Source of the DNA: Acidobacteriota bacterium
GTDB lineage: Bacteria > Acidobacteriota > Thermoanaerobaculia > UBA5066
NCBI GenBank assembly: GCA_029567505.1
Contig: JAKPXO010000136.1
Span: 11,545-75,544, forward strand
DNA: 64,000 nucleotides
Direction: 5' to 3'
The notes beneath the pieces are model-generated. The model was not told the DNA's origin and made no database searches. It saw nothing but the letters and a program-made list of their open reading frames with translations. Position numbers and translations under genes: made by a program. Below, in pieces: positions 36,991-46,064 of the stretch. Each line of letters starts with the position of its first letter. Position 1 is the stretch's first letter.

Positions 36991-37016
36991 GCGGGGAGCC
37001 CTTCGGGCCTCCCCGC
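36991..37016. terminator. Hairpin with cUUCGg loop between convergent pirin and aguB
   Basis: GCGGGGAG-CCC-TTCG-GGC-CTCCCCGC. Confidence 0.55.
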
Positions 37017-37022
37017 ACGCGA

Positions 37023-37892
37023 TCAGACCTTCTGCCGTCCGTCGGCCGTCGTCAGGACGCCGTAGAGCTCCGGCCGCCGGTCGCGGAAGAAGCCCCAGGA
37101 GGCCCGTTCGCGCCGGATCGCCGCGAGGTCGACCGTGACGACGCGGACCCCGGTTTCGTCGCGCCCCAGCTCCGCGAGGAAGGAACCGTCGGTCCCGGCG
37201 ACGAACGAGGAGCCATAGAAGAGCTGGCCGTCCTCCTCGCCGATCCGGTTCGACGCCGCGACGGGGATGACGTTCGAGACTGCGTGGCCGACCATCGCGC
37301 GCCGCCAGCGGTCGCGCGTGTCGAGAGCGGGGTTCGCGGGCTCGGAGCCGATCGCCGTCGGGTAGACGAGGACGTCGGCGCCGAGGAGCGCGAGGGCCCG
37401 CGCGCATTCGGGGTACCACTGGTCCCAGCAGACGGCGCCGCCGACCTTCCCCGCCTTCGTCTCGAAGACGCGAAAGCCGGTGTCGCCGGGGCGGAAGTAG
37501 AACTTCTCCTCGTAGCCCGGGCCGTCGGGGATGTGGCTCTTGCGGTACGTGCCGAGGAGCGCGCCGTCGGCGTCGACCATCGCGAGGGTGTTGTAGTAGG
37601 CGTTCCCCGCCTTCTCGAAGAACGAGAAGGGGAGGACGACGCCGAGCTCCTTCGCGAGGGCCTGGAAGCGCGCGAGCGTGACGTTCCCCTCGACGGGGCG
37701 CGCCCACTCGAAGAAGGAGTCCTTCTCCTCGCGGCAGAAGTAGGGCCCCTCGAGGAGCTCCGGCGTCACGACGAGCTGCGCGCCCCCCTTCGCCGCCTCG
37801 CGAACGAGGGCGAGGACGCGCTCCGCGTTCTCCACGCGAGAGCCGCCGAGCGCGCACTGGACGATCCCGATCGAGAGCGTCTCGGCCGTCAT
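37023..37892 (-). CDS. aguB: N-carbamoylputrescine amidohydrolase
   Basis: Nitrilase-family triad PELL / YRKSHIPDGPGYEEKFYF / CWDQWYPE. Directly follows aguA. Confidence 0.92.
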   Translation of the reverse strand: MTAETLSIGIVQCALGGSRVENAERVLALVREAAKGGAQLVVTPELLEGPYFCREEKDSFFEWARPVEGNVTLARFQALAKELGVVLPFSFFEKAGNAYYNTLAMVDADGALLGTYRKSHIPDGPGYEEKFYFRPGDTGFRVFETKAGKVGGAVCWDQWYPECARALALLGADVLVYPTAIGSEPANPALDTRDRWRRAMVGHAVSNVIPVAASNRIGEEDGQLFYGSSFVAGTDGSFLAELGRDETGVRVVTVDLAAIRRERASWGFFRDRRPELYGVLTTADGRQKV

Positions 37893-38941
37893 CCGCGGCC
37901 TCCCTTCGGCTGCTGCTGGCTGATGCAGTGGAACGCCCCGCCGCCGAGGAGGAGCTCGCGCGCGGGGACGTCGCAGACGCGCCGGCCCGGGAAGAGGGCC
38001 TCGATCCGCTTCAGGGCGGGCGCGTCGTTCGGCGTCCCGTAGACCGGGACGGTGACCGTCGTGTTCGCGACGTAGAAGTTGACGTAGCTCGCCGCCATCA
38101 GCTCGCCGTCGGGATCGGTGACGACGCCGGGCGACGGCACCGTGAAGACCTCGAGCCTCCGCCCCCGCGCGTCGCGCATCGACGCGAGGTCGCGGAGGAT
38201 CTCCTTCAGCGCGACCGCGTTCGGGTCGCCGCCGCCGGAGGGCTCCATGCAGACGGCGACGCCCGGGGCGACGAAGCGGGCGACCGTGTCGACGTGCCCG
38301 TCGGTGTGGTCGTTGATCAGTCCGTCGCCGAGCCAGAGGACGCTCTCCGCGCCGAGGCCGTCCCGGAGCCGCCGCTCGAGCGCCGCCTGCGAGAGGCCCG
38401 GGTTCCGGTTCGGGTTCAGGAGGCACTGCCGCGTCGTCAGGAGCGTCCCCTCGCCGTCCGGCTCGACGGAGCCCCCTTCCAGGACGAGCTCGTCGCGAAA
38501 CGTGCGGAGGCCCGACGCCGCGGCGACGCGCGACGAGACCTCCCTGTCGCCGGGGAGGTCGTACTTGTTCCCCCAGCCGTTGAAGACGAAAGAAGCCGCC
38601 GCGACCTCGCCCGCCTCCGACGTCACGAAGATCGGCGCGATGTCGCGCATCCAGATGTCGCCGAACGGGATCTCGTGGACGCGCGCTCCGAGTCCTTCGA
38701 GCCGTGCCCGCGCCTCCTCGGCCCGCTCCGCCGTCGGCGCGAGGACCTCGAGCCGCTCGCCGCGCGGGCCCTCGGGGCCCGGGTCGGCGATCGCGCGGGC
38801 GAAGCGGACGAAGGCGCCCTGCACGGGGCCGAGCGCCTCCTTCCAGAGCTCCCCGTGGCTGGGCCAGGCGAGCCAGCACGCCTCGTGCGGCGTCCACTCC
38901 GCGGGCTGCGCGAAGCCCGCCGCGCGGGGCGATTCGCTCAT
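37889..38941 (-). CDS. aguA: Agmatine deiminase
   Basis: PAEW.PHEACWLAWP, DIWMRD, LEGGS, DHTDGHVD, GGGAFHCISQQQP. ATG at 38941. Confidence 0.93.
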   Translation of the reverse strand: MSESPRAAGFAQPAEWTPHEACWLAWPSHGELWKEALGPVQGAFVRFARAIADPGPEGPRGERLEVLAPTAERAEEARARLEGLGARVHEIPFGDIWMRDIAPIFVTSEAGEVAAASFVFNGWGNKYDLPGDREVSSRVAAASGLRTFRDELVLEGGSVEPDGEGTLLTTRQCLLNPNRNPGLSQAALERRLRDGLGAESVLWLGDGLINDHTDGHVDTVARFVAPGVAVCMEPSGGGDPNAVALKEILRDLASMRDARGRRLEVFTVPSPGVVTDPDGELMAASYVNFYVANTTVTVPVYGTPNDAPALKRIEALFPGRRVCDVPARELLLGGGAFHCISQQQPKGGRG

Positions 38942-40266
38942 GGCAGCTCGGGGCGGGTCAGGTTCCGGATCCCGTGCTCCTCGACGAAGACGTCGTCCTC
39001 GATGCGGATGCCGCCGAACGGCGTGAGCCTGTCGACGATCGCCCAGTCGACGTCGGCCCGGTTCGCCCCCTCCCGGTGCGTCTCGAGGAGCATCGGGATG
39101 AAGTAGAGCCCGGGCTCGATCGTGAAGAGCATTCCCGCCTCGATCGTCCGGGTCGTCCGGAGCGCGGGGTACTCGGCGGGCGGAGGGGCGAGCGTCCCCT
39201 CGCGGTCCGCCTGGCGCCCGGCGACGTCGTGGACCTGGATGCCGAGGAAGTGCCCGAGGCCGTGCGGGAAGAACGGGCGCGTCAGCCCCTTCGCGACGGC
39301 GGCCTCGCCGGCGACTTTCAGGATGCCGGCGCGGTGGAGGAGGTCGCCGATCAGGACGTGCGCCTTCACGTGCAGGTCGAGGTACTTCATCCCGGGCCGC
39401 GGCGAGGCGGCGAGCTCCTGCTCGATCGCCTCCATCCCGGCGATCAGGTCGCGGAAGAGCGGGTCGCACCCGTCGCCGGCGAACGTCCGGGTGATGTCGG
39501 AGGCGTAGCCGCGGACGGCGGTTCCGGCGTCGACGAGCATCGTCTTCCCCGGCGCGGCCCAGGTGCCCCGCTTGCCGTGGTAGTGGAGCGTCGCGGAGCG
39601 TTCGTCGAACCCGATGATCGTCGGGTAGGGGAGGTGCTCCTCCATCACGGCGGCGGCGGCGAGGAAGGCGTGGTGGACCTCCATCTCCGTCGCGCCCTCC
39701 CGGAAGGCCGCCTCGGCGGCGCGGAACCCGCGCGCGGCGGGGGCCTCCGCCTCGGCGACGGACTCCACCTCGTAGGCGCTCTTGTACGACCGCTCCCAGT
39801 CGAGCCGGGCGACGAGCCCCTTCGGATTCACCGCGTCGGCCGGGAGGCCGAGCGCGGCGGCCTCGGAGACGGCGCCTCCGATGAACGCGGTCCGCCCGCC
39901 GTTCGCTCCGATCGCGGCACGGACCGCTTCGGGAGTCTCCGCGTCGAGGATCTCCATCTCCGCGGCGACGAACTCCGGCGCGGGCTTCGGCGGCTCGTAC
40001 CAGTAGTCGCGCGGCTGGTGGCGGGCGAGGCGCGGCCTCTTCCCGGGGCGGACCTCGAGGAGGTGCCCCGGCCCCTCGACCGGTGCCCAGTGCGTGAAGT
40101 GGGGCGTCGAGCGGAACGGCGCGTCGTTGTCGTCGGCGAAGTAGGTGAAGGGGACGCCGGAGTGGATCAGGAGGCGGTCGAAGCCGGTCTCGGCCAGGGC
40201 CTGCTCCGTCGTCCGCTGCCGCTCGGCGACGTGGGCGCGATAGAGGTCCGCGAGGGCGCTGTTCAT
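38938..40266 (-). CDS. pepQ: Xaa-Pro dipeptidase (prolidase)
   Basis: DAG..GYASDITRT, FFPHGLGHFLGIQVHDV, FTIEPGLYF, GGIRIEDD. Confidence 0.92.
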   Translation of the reverse strand: MNSALADLYRAHVAERQRTTEQALAETGFDRLLIHSGVPFTYFADDNDAPFRSTPHFTHWAPVEGPGHLLEVRPGKRPRLARHQPRDYWYEPPKPAPEFVAAEMEILDAETPEAVRAAIGANGGRTAFIGGAVSEAAALGLPADAVNPKGLVARLDWERSYKSAYEVESVAEAEAPAARGFRAAEAAFREGATEMEVHHAFLAAAAVMEEHLPYPTIIGFDERSATLHYHGKRGTWAAPGKTMLVDAGTAVRGYASDITRTFAGDGCDPLFRDLIAGMEAIEQELAASPRPGMKYLDLHVKAHVLIGDLLHRAGILKVAGEAAVAKGLTRPFFPHGLGHFLGIQVHDVAGRQADREGTLAPPPAEYPALRTTRTIEAGMLFTIEPGLYFIPMLLETHREGANRADVDWAIVDRLTPFGGIRIEDDVFVEEHGIRNLTRPELP

Positions 40267-40333
40267 GGAGGTGGATGTTAACGAAAGGGCTGTCGGTGGA
40301 GGGGGACCCCGTCGCGGCGCCTCGTCGCGAACA

Positions 40334-40399
40334 GGGGGTCAGATCTACAATCTACACTCTGTGGGAGCCCGCAGAGTGTAGAGGGTAGATCTGACCCCC
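40334..40399. repeat. 66-nt long hairpin / REP- or MITE-like element
   Basis: GGGGGTCAGATCTAC-AA-TCTACACTCTG-TGGG-AG-CCCG-CAGAGTGTAGA-GG-GTAGATCTGACCCCC: perfect 15-bp and 11-bp arms plus a short top stem. Confidence 0.85.
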
Positions 40400-40451
40400 G
40401 CTTGCCGCGAAAGGTTCGGCGCTCGCGAGGCACTTCCCCGGGGAGGCACAG

Positions 40452-43400
40452 ATGCCGCGACTGGTGAGGGCCGTCCTTTTAGTCGTGCTCTTTCACTCCT
40501 GGGTCTCGCTGACGGCCGACACCGTCTGGAAGGTCGCAGACGAGGGCCCACGGACTCCGGTCGCCGTCGAGATCGTCGGGGACGACTCGAGGACGATCGC
40601 CGTCGCGGCCGGGGGGGCCGCGGAATTCGACGGGACGCGCTGGCTTCCGGTCGCCCTGAACACCGACGCGGTCCTGCCGAAGGAGCGGGAGATGTACGCC
40701 GTCGGCGGCCGAATCGGGGCGTACTCCGCCAGTGGCACCTCGGTGCGCCTCTACCTCCTGCAGGGAAGCACGTGGGCCCTGGCGGCGTCCGAGCCCCTCT
40801 CAAATTGGCCGTTCGGGTGGAACGGCCCGATCGTCGTGCCGCGCGCCGCCGATCGCATCTACCTGCCCGATCCCGCCTTCGGCAGCTGCGAGACCATGCA
40901 GGGCTGCCCGGCTGACGCGGTCGAGCGCCGCCTCCGGTCGATCTCGCTCGCCGACGGCTCCATCCGGGAAGAGCCCGATCTCCCTGTCTGCTCGGGTCTC
41001 CTCTTCGGCGTCGCCGATCGACTCTTCGTCATCGACATGCCGCCGCCCTGCTGCGGAGCCTGTCCGAGCAGCGCGGGGCCGCGCACGGTGGCGCTCGACG
41101 CCGGTCTCCCCGCCTATCGCCTCGACGGCGACCACTGGACGGAGCTCCCACCGTGGACACGACCGCTTCCCGACACCTTCTCCGCGAGCGCGGCCTGGCT
41201 GTTCGAGAGGGACTCGGCGACGGCTTCCAGGTCGCTCACCCTCTTCACCGCGAGCGGGTTCTCGGATCCGATCCCGATTCCGGCGGGTCAGGTGACGAAA
41301 GACCCACGACCGATCGAGTGGAACGGTCGGATGCTGCTGCAGGCCGAGAGGCTCTACGAGGTGCGCGACGGCGCATTGCTCCCGGTCGCCCCGGAATGCC
41401 CGATACCCGGCGCGAGGCTCTTCGCAGCCGGGAGTCGGCTGTTCGCCTGGGACGAGGGCTGGGCGGTCTCCGCGCTCTCGGGCTCGGCGTGGGAGGAAAC
41501 CTCCGGCGTCCCCGAGGTCGCCGGTGGGCAGGTCTTCTTCAAGGGACGGACGAAGCACTACGCGATCCGGGGGAATCGCCTCTTCCGGCGGGACGACTCC
41601 GGCTGGGTCGGTCTTCCTCCTTCGCCCTCGTCGGCCGACCTTCGGTACCTGTACGCCGGCCAGTTCGTCTTCCTTGAGGACGATCCGGTCTTCCTCGATC
41701 AGGGCTATTCGGGCACTTATGGCGCGTGGCGATACGACGCCCCGTCCGGCTCCTGGGTGGACCTCCAACCCCCGCCCGCGATCCGCGGCCCGGCCCTCGT
41801 CCACGACGGGGACCTGTACGTCGGGAATCGCAGCGAGGCGGAGGGGAAGCTCGTGGTTCGGCACGACGGGGTGTGGAGCACGCTGGAGACCGGTGCCGCC
41901 GTCTGGCAGCTTCGGGAAGCGAACGGGCAGCTCTACGTTTTCGGATGCCGGACGAGCGAGTCCGACTACGACGTCTGCCGGCTGGACGAGGACCGGCTGG
42001 TCCCCGCCTTCCCGGGGCTCGAGGCTGCGGGGATGCGGGCGCTCGATGTCACCGGGAGGAACGGAGAGACTCTCGTCTCCGTCGAGGACCAGAAACCTCC
42101 CGAGTACCCGCCGTCCTTGCGCAGGGTGCTCGTCTCGGCGGATGGCGCGGGCTACCGAACCGTCCTCCGCCAGGGGGACCTCCGGGACGCGGGGCACGGC
42201 AGCTACACCCAGGGCCTGCTCTCGCCGCTCGTCCCCTTCGGCGAGGAGCTCCTCCTGCCGGGCCTCTCCTTCCGTGACGGTCAGCTGCGCGCGCAGCGGA
42301 GCCCGATCGTCCCGAGCGTCCTCGACCCGAAGGGACGGTTCGCATTCCGGGACAGCGCCTCGACGGAGTACATCCACTACCGCGGTCCTCTGCTCGTCCC
42401 GACCGCGAGGGTCCGGAAGAACCTCGTCGCGGCGGTCGACACGACGGGCGTCGGCGGGACCCGGTATCGGAGCGTCCTTCTGGTTGCCAACTTCTCGGAG
42501 ACCGAGACGGCCGTCGCACGCGTCTTCGCGGCGGCCCACTGGGACCCGTTCCTCGAGATTCCTCTGCCTCCGCGAGCCCAGGTGGCGATCGACGATCCGA
42601 AGCCGGGATTCCTCGGGCCGATGGCGGTGGAATTCGAGGGACTGACGGACGAGGCCGACGCCTGGGCCGCGATTCGTGTCTGGAGCCCGTCGGACGGAGG
42701 GACGGCCGGGACGGCGATCGTGGGCACGAACCCGGGAGTCGTCCCGCTGAACGCCGTCGTCGTCCCGCCTCACGCTAAGAGCGGCAGCCGGACCCAGGCG
42801 GCCTTCTCGGCGTCGGGCGACGGCGGTCACGGACCGGTACGCGCGAGCGCTTGTCCATTGGCAGGGCGGGAGCCGGGCGAGCCCGACCCGTGCGTCGCGG
42901 TGGAGCTTCTTCGGAACGGTGCCTTCTTCCAGGCCGGCGTCCCACCAGCGGCTCTCCGCTCGCCCATCCAGTTCTGGAGCACCTGCTACAACAACTGGTG
43001 CTCTCTGCTTCAGCGAACGGACGACCTCGGGGGGTATCTCGTCCGGAACGAGGAAGGGACGAACGACGGCGCGATCGTGCCATTCGAGCGTCCCGACGTC
43101 ATGGAGGGGCGAAAAGTCCGATTCCTCCCCGCCCTCGTCTCGCTCACCTCGGCCCGGGGCACCTATCGGACCGAGCTGACGCTCGGGTGGCGATCCCCGG
43201 ACGTGTACCCTCCGCTGAGCCTCGACTTCGGGGTGACGTACCGGAGCGACGACGGGGCGTGGACGATCCCGATCACGATTCCTGCCCGCGAGGTCGTCGG
43301 GATCCCGGACGCGGGGGCTTGGCTGGCTGCTCACGGCGTCCCGGTCGACCCGGCGAACGCGGAGGGGACGCTCACGTTCACCTCCGGTCGCGAGGAGGGT

Positions 43401-43841
43401 GCGGCGAGCCTGCTCGTGACGGCCATCGTGACGGCCCGAGGCCCGGGGGCCTCCGGCGACTACGGCGTAAGCGTCCCGGTCTTCAACGAGGTCGAGTGGG
43501 CGTCGAGCGAAGCGATCGTGCCTGGCCTCAGGGAAGACGGGGCATTCCGGTCGAACCTCGCGCTGGCCAACCCGGAACCGAGCAGTGGCCCCTCCACGAC
43601 GCTCGAGGTCTCGGTCCACAGTGCGTCGGACGGGAAGGCCGTCGGGACCTTCCCGCAGGTGACGCTCGGTCCGGGACAGCGTGTCCAGCTGAACCAGCTC
43701 CTGTCGACGGTCGACTACTCCGGCGAAGCGTTCGCGCTGGTCCGGCGAACGGGAGGGGAGGGACGGTTCGTCGCCTACGCGGCGATGAACGACAACGTCA
43801 CCGGAGACGGCACGCTCTTCCCCATGACTCGGTCGCGATAG
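40452..43841 (+). CDS. Large secreted hypothetical protein (1129 aa), beta-propeller-like N-region and beta-sandwich-like C-terminal domains
   Basis: GGAGG RBS, signal peptide ending in LTA-D, recurring W..L / G..W repeats, C-terminal FRSNLALAN ... AYAAMNDNVTGDG. More A/T-ending codons than neighbouring genes. Confidence 0.8.
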   Translation: MPRLVRAVLLVVLFHSWVSLTADTVWKVADEGPRTPVAVEIVGDDSRTIAVAAGGAAEFDGTRWLPVALNTDAVLPKEREMYAVGGRIGAYSASGTSVRLYLLQGSTWALAASEPLSNWPFGWNGPIVVPRAADRIYLPDPAFGSCETMQGCPADAVERRLRSISLADGSIREEPDLPVCSGLLFGVADRLFVIDMPPPCCGACPSSAGPRTVALDAGLPAYRLDGDHWTELPPWTRPLPDTFSASAAWLFERDSATASRSLTLFTASGFSDPIPIPAGQVTKDPRPIEWNGRMLLQAERLYEVRDGALLPVAPECPIPGARLFAAGSRLFAWDEGWAVSALSGSAWEETSGVPEVAGGQVFFKGRTKHYAIRGNRLFRRDDSGWVGLPPSPSSADLRYLYAGQFVFLEDDPVFLDQGYSGTYGAWRYDAPSGSWVDLQPPPAIRGPALVHDGDLYVGNRSEAEGKLVVRHDGVWSTLETGAAVWQLREANGQLYVFGCRTSESDYDVCRLDEDRLVPAFPGLEAAGMRALDVTGRNGETLVSVEDQKPPEYPPSLRRVLVSADGAGYRTVLRQGDLRDAGHGSYTQGLLSPLVPFGEELLLPGLSFRDGQLRAQRSPIVPSVLDPKGRFAFRDSASTEYIHYRGPLLVPTARVRKNLVAAVDTTGVGGTRYRSVLLVANFSETETAVARVFAAAHWDPFLEIPLPPRAQVAIDDPKPGFLGPMAVEFEGLTDEADAWAAIRVWSPSDGGTAGTAIVGTNPGVVPLNAVVVPPHAKSGSRTQAAFSASGDGGHGPVRASACPLAGREPGEPDPCVAVELLRNGAFFQAGVPPAALRSPIQFWSTCYNNWCSLLQRTDDLGGYLVRNEEGTNDGAIVPFERPDVMEGRKVRFLPALVSLTSARGTYRTELTLGWRSPDVYPPLSLDFGVTYRSDDGAWTIPITIPAREVVGIPDAGAWLAAHGVPVDPANAEGTLTFTSGREEGAASLLVTAIVTARGPGASGDYGVSVPVFNEVEWASSEAIVPGLREDGAFRSNLALANPEPSSGPSTTLEVSVHSASDGKAVGTFPQVTLGPGQRVQLNQLLSTVDYSGEAFALVRRTGGEGRFVAYAAMNDNVTGDGTLFPMTRSR

Positions 43842-43901
43842 GAGCGGGAGCTCCTCCTCGAGGACGCGGCCCGAAGCGGCCGGGCGAAACCCGGTCCGAC
43901 C

Positions 43902-45125
43902 TCAGGCCGGAGAGGAGAGCCCCTCGGCGCTGCCGGCCGCCTCGACGAGCCGCTCGAGCGCGTCGACGAGGCTCTGTCGGGTCCGCTCGATCTCGGCGCG
44001 GAGCTCCTCGACCCGGATCTCGGCGAGCGCCTTGGCGCGCTGGCCGCGAAGGCGGGTCCCGGCGGCCGCGGCCGAGAGCGCCGCGGCGTAGTCGGCGCGC
44101 AGCTTCTCCAGCTGCGCGGCCGCCCGCTGGCGTGAGGCCTCGAGCTCGGCGAGCCTGTGGGAGGCGGAGGCGAGCGCCGTCTCGCGCCGCGCGGCCCAGG
44201 CCGCGGAGAGCTGCTCGGCGCGCGCATCCCACGACGCCTGCGCCGCGTCGAACGCCTCGCGGGCCCGCTCGAACGTCCTCCCCGTGAAGTGCCAGGCGGC
44301 CCGTTCGCGGGCGAGGGCGACGACCCGCTCCGGCACCGGGCGGAGGTCCCGCGCGATCCCGAAGAGCCGGCCGAGCCGGAGGAGCCAGAGGCTCGGGTCG
44401 GCCTGCCACCAGAGGAAGCCCTGTGCGGCGGAGGCCTGGAAGTGGTGGTGGTTGTTGTGCCACCCCTCGCCCATCGTCACGAGCGCCATCAGGAAGCTGT
44501 TCCGGCTCGTGTCCTTCGTCTCGAAGACGCGTCGCCCGAAGACGTGCATGACGCTGTTGATCGCGAACGTCCCGTGCCAGAGGAGGACCGTCGAGAGGAA
44601 GAAGCCCCAGAAGAGGCCGGTCCAGGAGAACGCGAGCCAGAGGCCGAGCCCGTAGAGCATCGGCGCGAGGAACTGGTTCCGGTCGAGCCAGACGAGCTCG
44701 GGGACCTTCGCGAAGTCGCGGATCGCGTCGAGGTCGGTCTCCTCGTAGTCGTCCGCGAGGATCCAACCCATGTGGCTCCACCAGAAGCCCTTCTGAACGG
44801 GCGAGTGGATGTCCTCGGGCTGGTCGGAGAAGCGGTGGTGGTGCCGGTGGTGCGCGGCCCACCAGAGGACTCCCTTCTGCGCCGCCGTCTGACCCAGGAA
44901 GGCCATCAGGAACTGCCAGAAGCGGTTCATCTTGTAGGTCCGGTGGGCGAAGTAGCGGTGGAAGCCCGCGGTGATCGCGAACATCCGCAGGTAGTACGAC
45001 GCGAGGCAGAGGGCGACGCCCTGCCAGGAGAGCCCGACCCACAGGACGCCGAGCGCGGCGACGTGGACGAGGCCGAAGCCGAAGGCGGCGGCGAAACGGA
45101 TGCGGGGGCGCGAGGTCGTCGTCAT
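43902..45125 (-). CDS. Acyl-CoA/acyl-lipid delta-9 desaturase (OLE1-like) with C-terminal coiled-coil tail
   Basis: His boxes HRYFAH, HHRHHH and GEGWHNNHH; motifs SHMGW, FAINS. Confidence 0.92.
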   Translation of the reverse strand: MTTTSRPRIRFAAAFGFGLVHVAALGVLWVGLSWQGVALCLASYYLRMFAITAGFHRYFAHRTYKMNRFWQFLMAFLGQTAAQKGVLWWAAHHRHHHRFSDQPEDIHSPVQKGFWWSHMGWILADDYEETDLDAIRDFAKVPELVWLDRNQFLAPMLYGLGLWLAFSWTGLFWGFFLSTVLLWHGTFAINSVMHVFGRRVFETKDTSRNSFLMALVTMGEGWHNNHHHFQASAAQGFLWWQADPSLWLLRLGRLFGIARDLRPVPERVVALARERAAWHFTGRTFERAREAFDAAQASWDARAEQLSAAWAARRETALASASHRLAELEASRQRAAAQLEKLRADYAAALSAAAAGTRLRGQRAKALAEIRVEELRAEIERTRQSLVDALERLVEAAGSAEGLSSPA

Positions 45126-45183
45126 CAGGCGTACGTCCTTCGGGAAGCGTGAGGGCTTTCGCGGTCCGGGCCGCAGACACCGG

Positions 45184-45242
45184 ATCTTACGGCGTTGCGA
45201 CGCCCGCGCAACTCGACGTTCTCGCAGCCTCGCGACACGCGA
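45184..45242 (-). promoter_or_regulatory. Candidate -10 (TAAGAT) and palindromic operators upstream of the delta-9 desaturase
   Basis: TAAGAT on the minus strand (45184-45189), GTTGCG-N7-CGCAAC (45194-45212) and TCGCG-ACA-CGCGA (45230-45242). Confidence 0.4.
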
Positions 45243-45296
45243 AAGAGTGAGATCGTGCTGGAGGCGCGGGCGGTGACGCGGAATGGCGGGGCGCGG

Positions 45297-46064
45297 TCAG
45301 GAGCGGGCGGCCGCCGTCTCCGCCGCCAGGGCGTCCTGCGCCTCCTGCATCCGGCCGCGGACGGTCGCGATCAGCTCTTCGAGGTCCGCCTCGCCGAGCC
45401 CTTCCGTCGGGATGGGCGGGAGGACGCGGATCCGGATCGTCCCGGGGAAGACGAGAAGGCGGTGGCCGTCGAGGACGTCGTCGAGCGGACCGCAGACGAT
45501 CGGCACGATCGGCACCTGCGCGGCGATCGCGAGGTGAAACGAGCCCTTCTTGAACGGCAGGAGCGTCGGCGAGCCGTTCCGGTGCCCTTCCGGGAAGACC
45601 CAGACGGAGATCCGCTTCTCCCGGACCCGCCTGGCCGCCGCTGCGATCGAGGCGATCGCGCTCGCCAGGTCCTTCCGGTCGAGGAGGATGTTGCCGGTCG
45701 CGCGGAAGAACCAGCCGAAGACGGGGATCTTCGCGATCTCCTTCTTGCCGATGACGACCGTCCGCTTCGGGAAGAGGCCGCCGTAGACGACGATGTCGAG
45801 GTTCGACCGGTGAGAGGCCATCAGGATCGCCGGCGCCACCTCGGTGACGCGCGGACGGTCCTCGACCGTGATCCGCCATCCGAGGAGCGTCCGGACGATC
45901 CAGTGGAAGAGCCGGGAGAGGTGAACGGGGGCGCTTCCGCGGCCGGCGCGAAGCGCGACGTAGAGGAGGCCTCCGATCGAGAGCCCGACGAACGCGAGCG
46001 CGCCGACGACGCACGCGAGGAGGAAGTGGACCCGCGCAAACGCGCGCCGGACGGGCCCCCTCAC
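45297..46064 (-). CDS. plsC: 1-acyl-sn-glycerol-3-phosphate acyltransferase (copy 1)
   Basis: GTG at 46064 overlaps the upstream stop. SHRSNLD (HxxxxD), IDR-like LLDR, FPEGHR, FKKGSF. Confidence 0.9.
   Translation of the reverse strand: MRGPVRRAFARVHFLLACVVGALAFVGLSIGGLLYVALRAGRGSAPVHLSRLFHWIVRTLLGWRITVEDRPRVTEVAPAILMASHRSNLDIVVYGGLFPKRTVVIGKKEIAKIPVFGWFFRATGNILLDRKDLASAIASIAAAARRVREKRISVWVFPEGHRNGSPTLLPFKKGSFHLAIAAQVPIVPIVCGPLDDVLDGHRLLVFPGTIRIRVLPPIPTEGLGEADLEELIATVRGRMQEAQDALAAETAAARS

Noticed and set aside
40417-40432. GG-N10-GC motif upstream of the 1129-aa gene
   Set aside because: It lacks the TT before GC, and bare GG-N10-GC occurs often by chance at this GC content.
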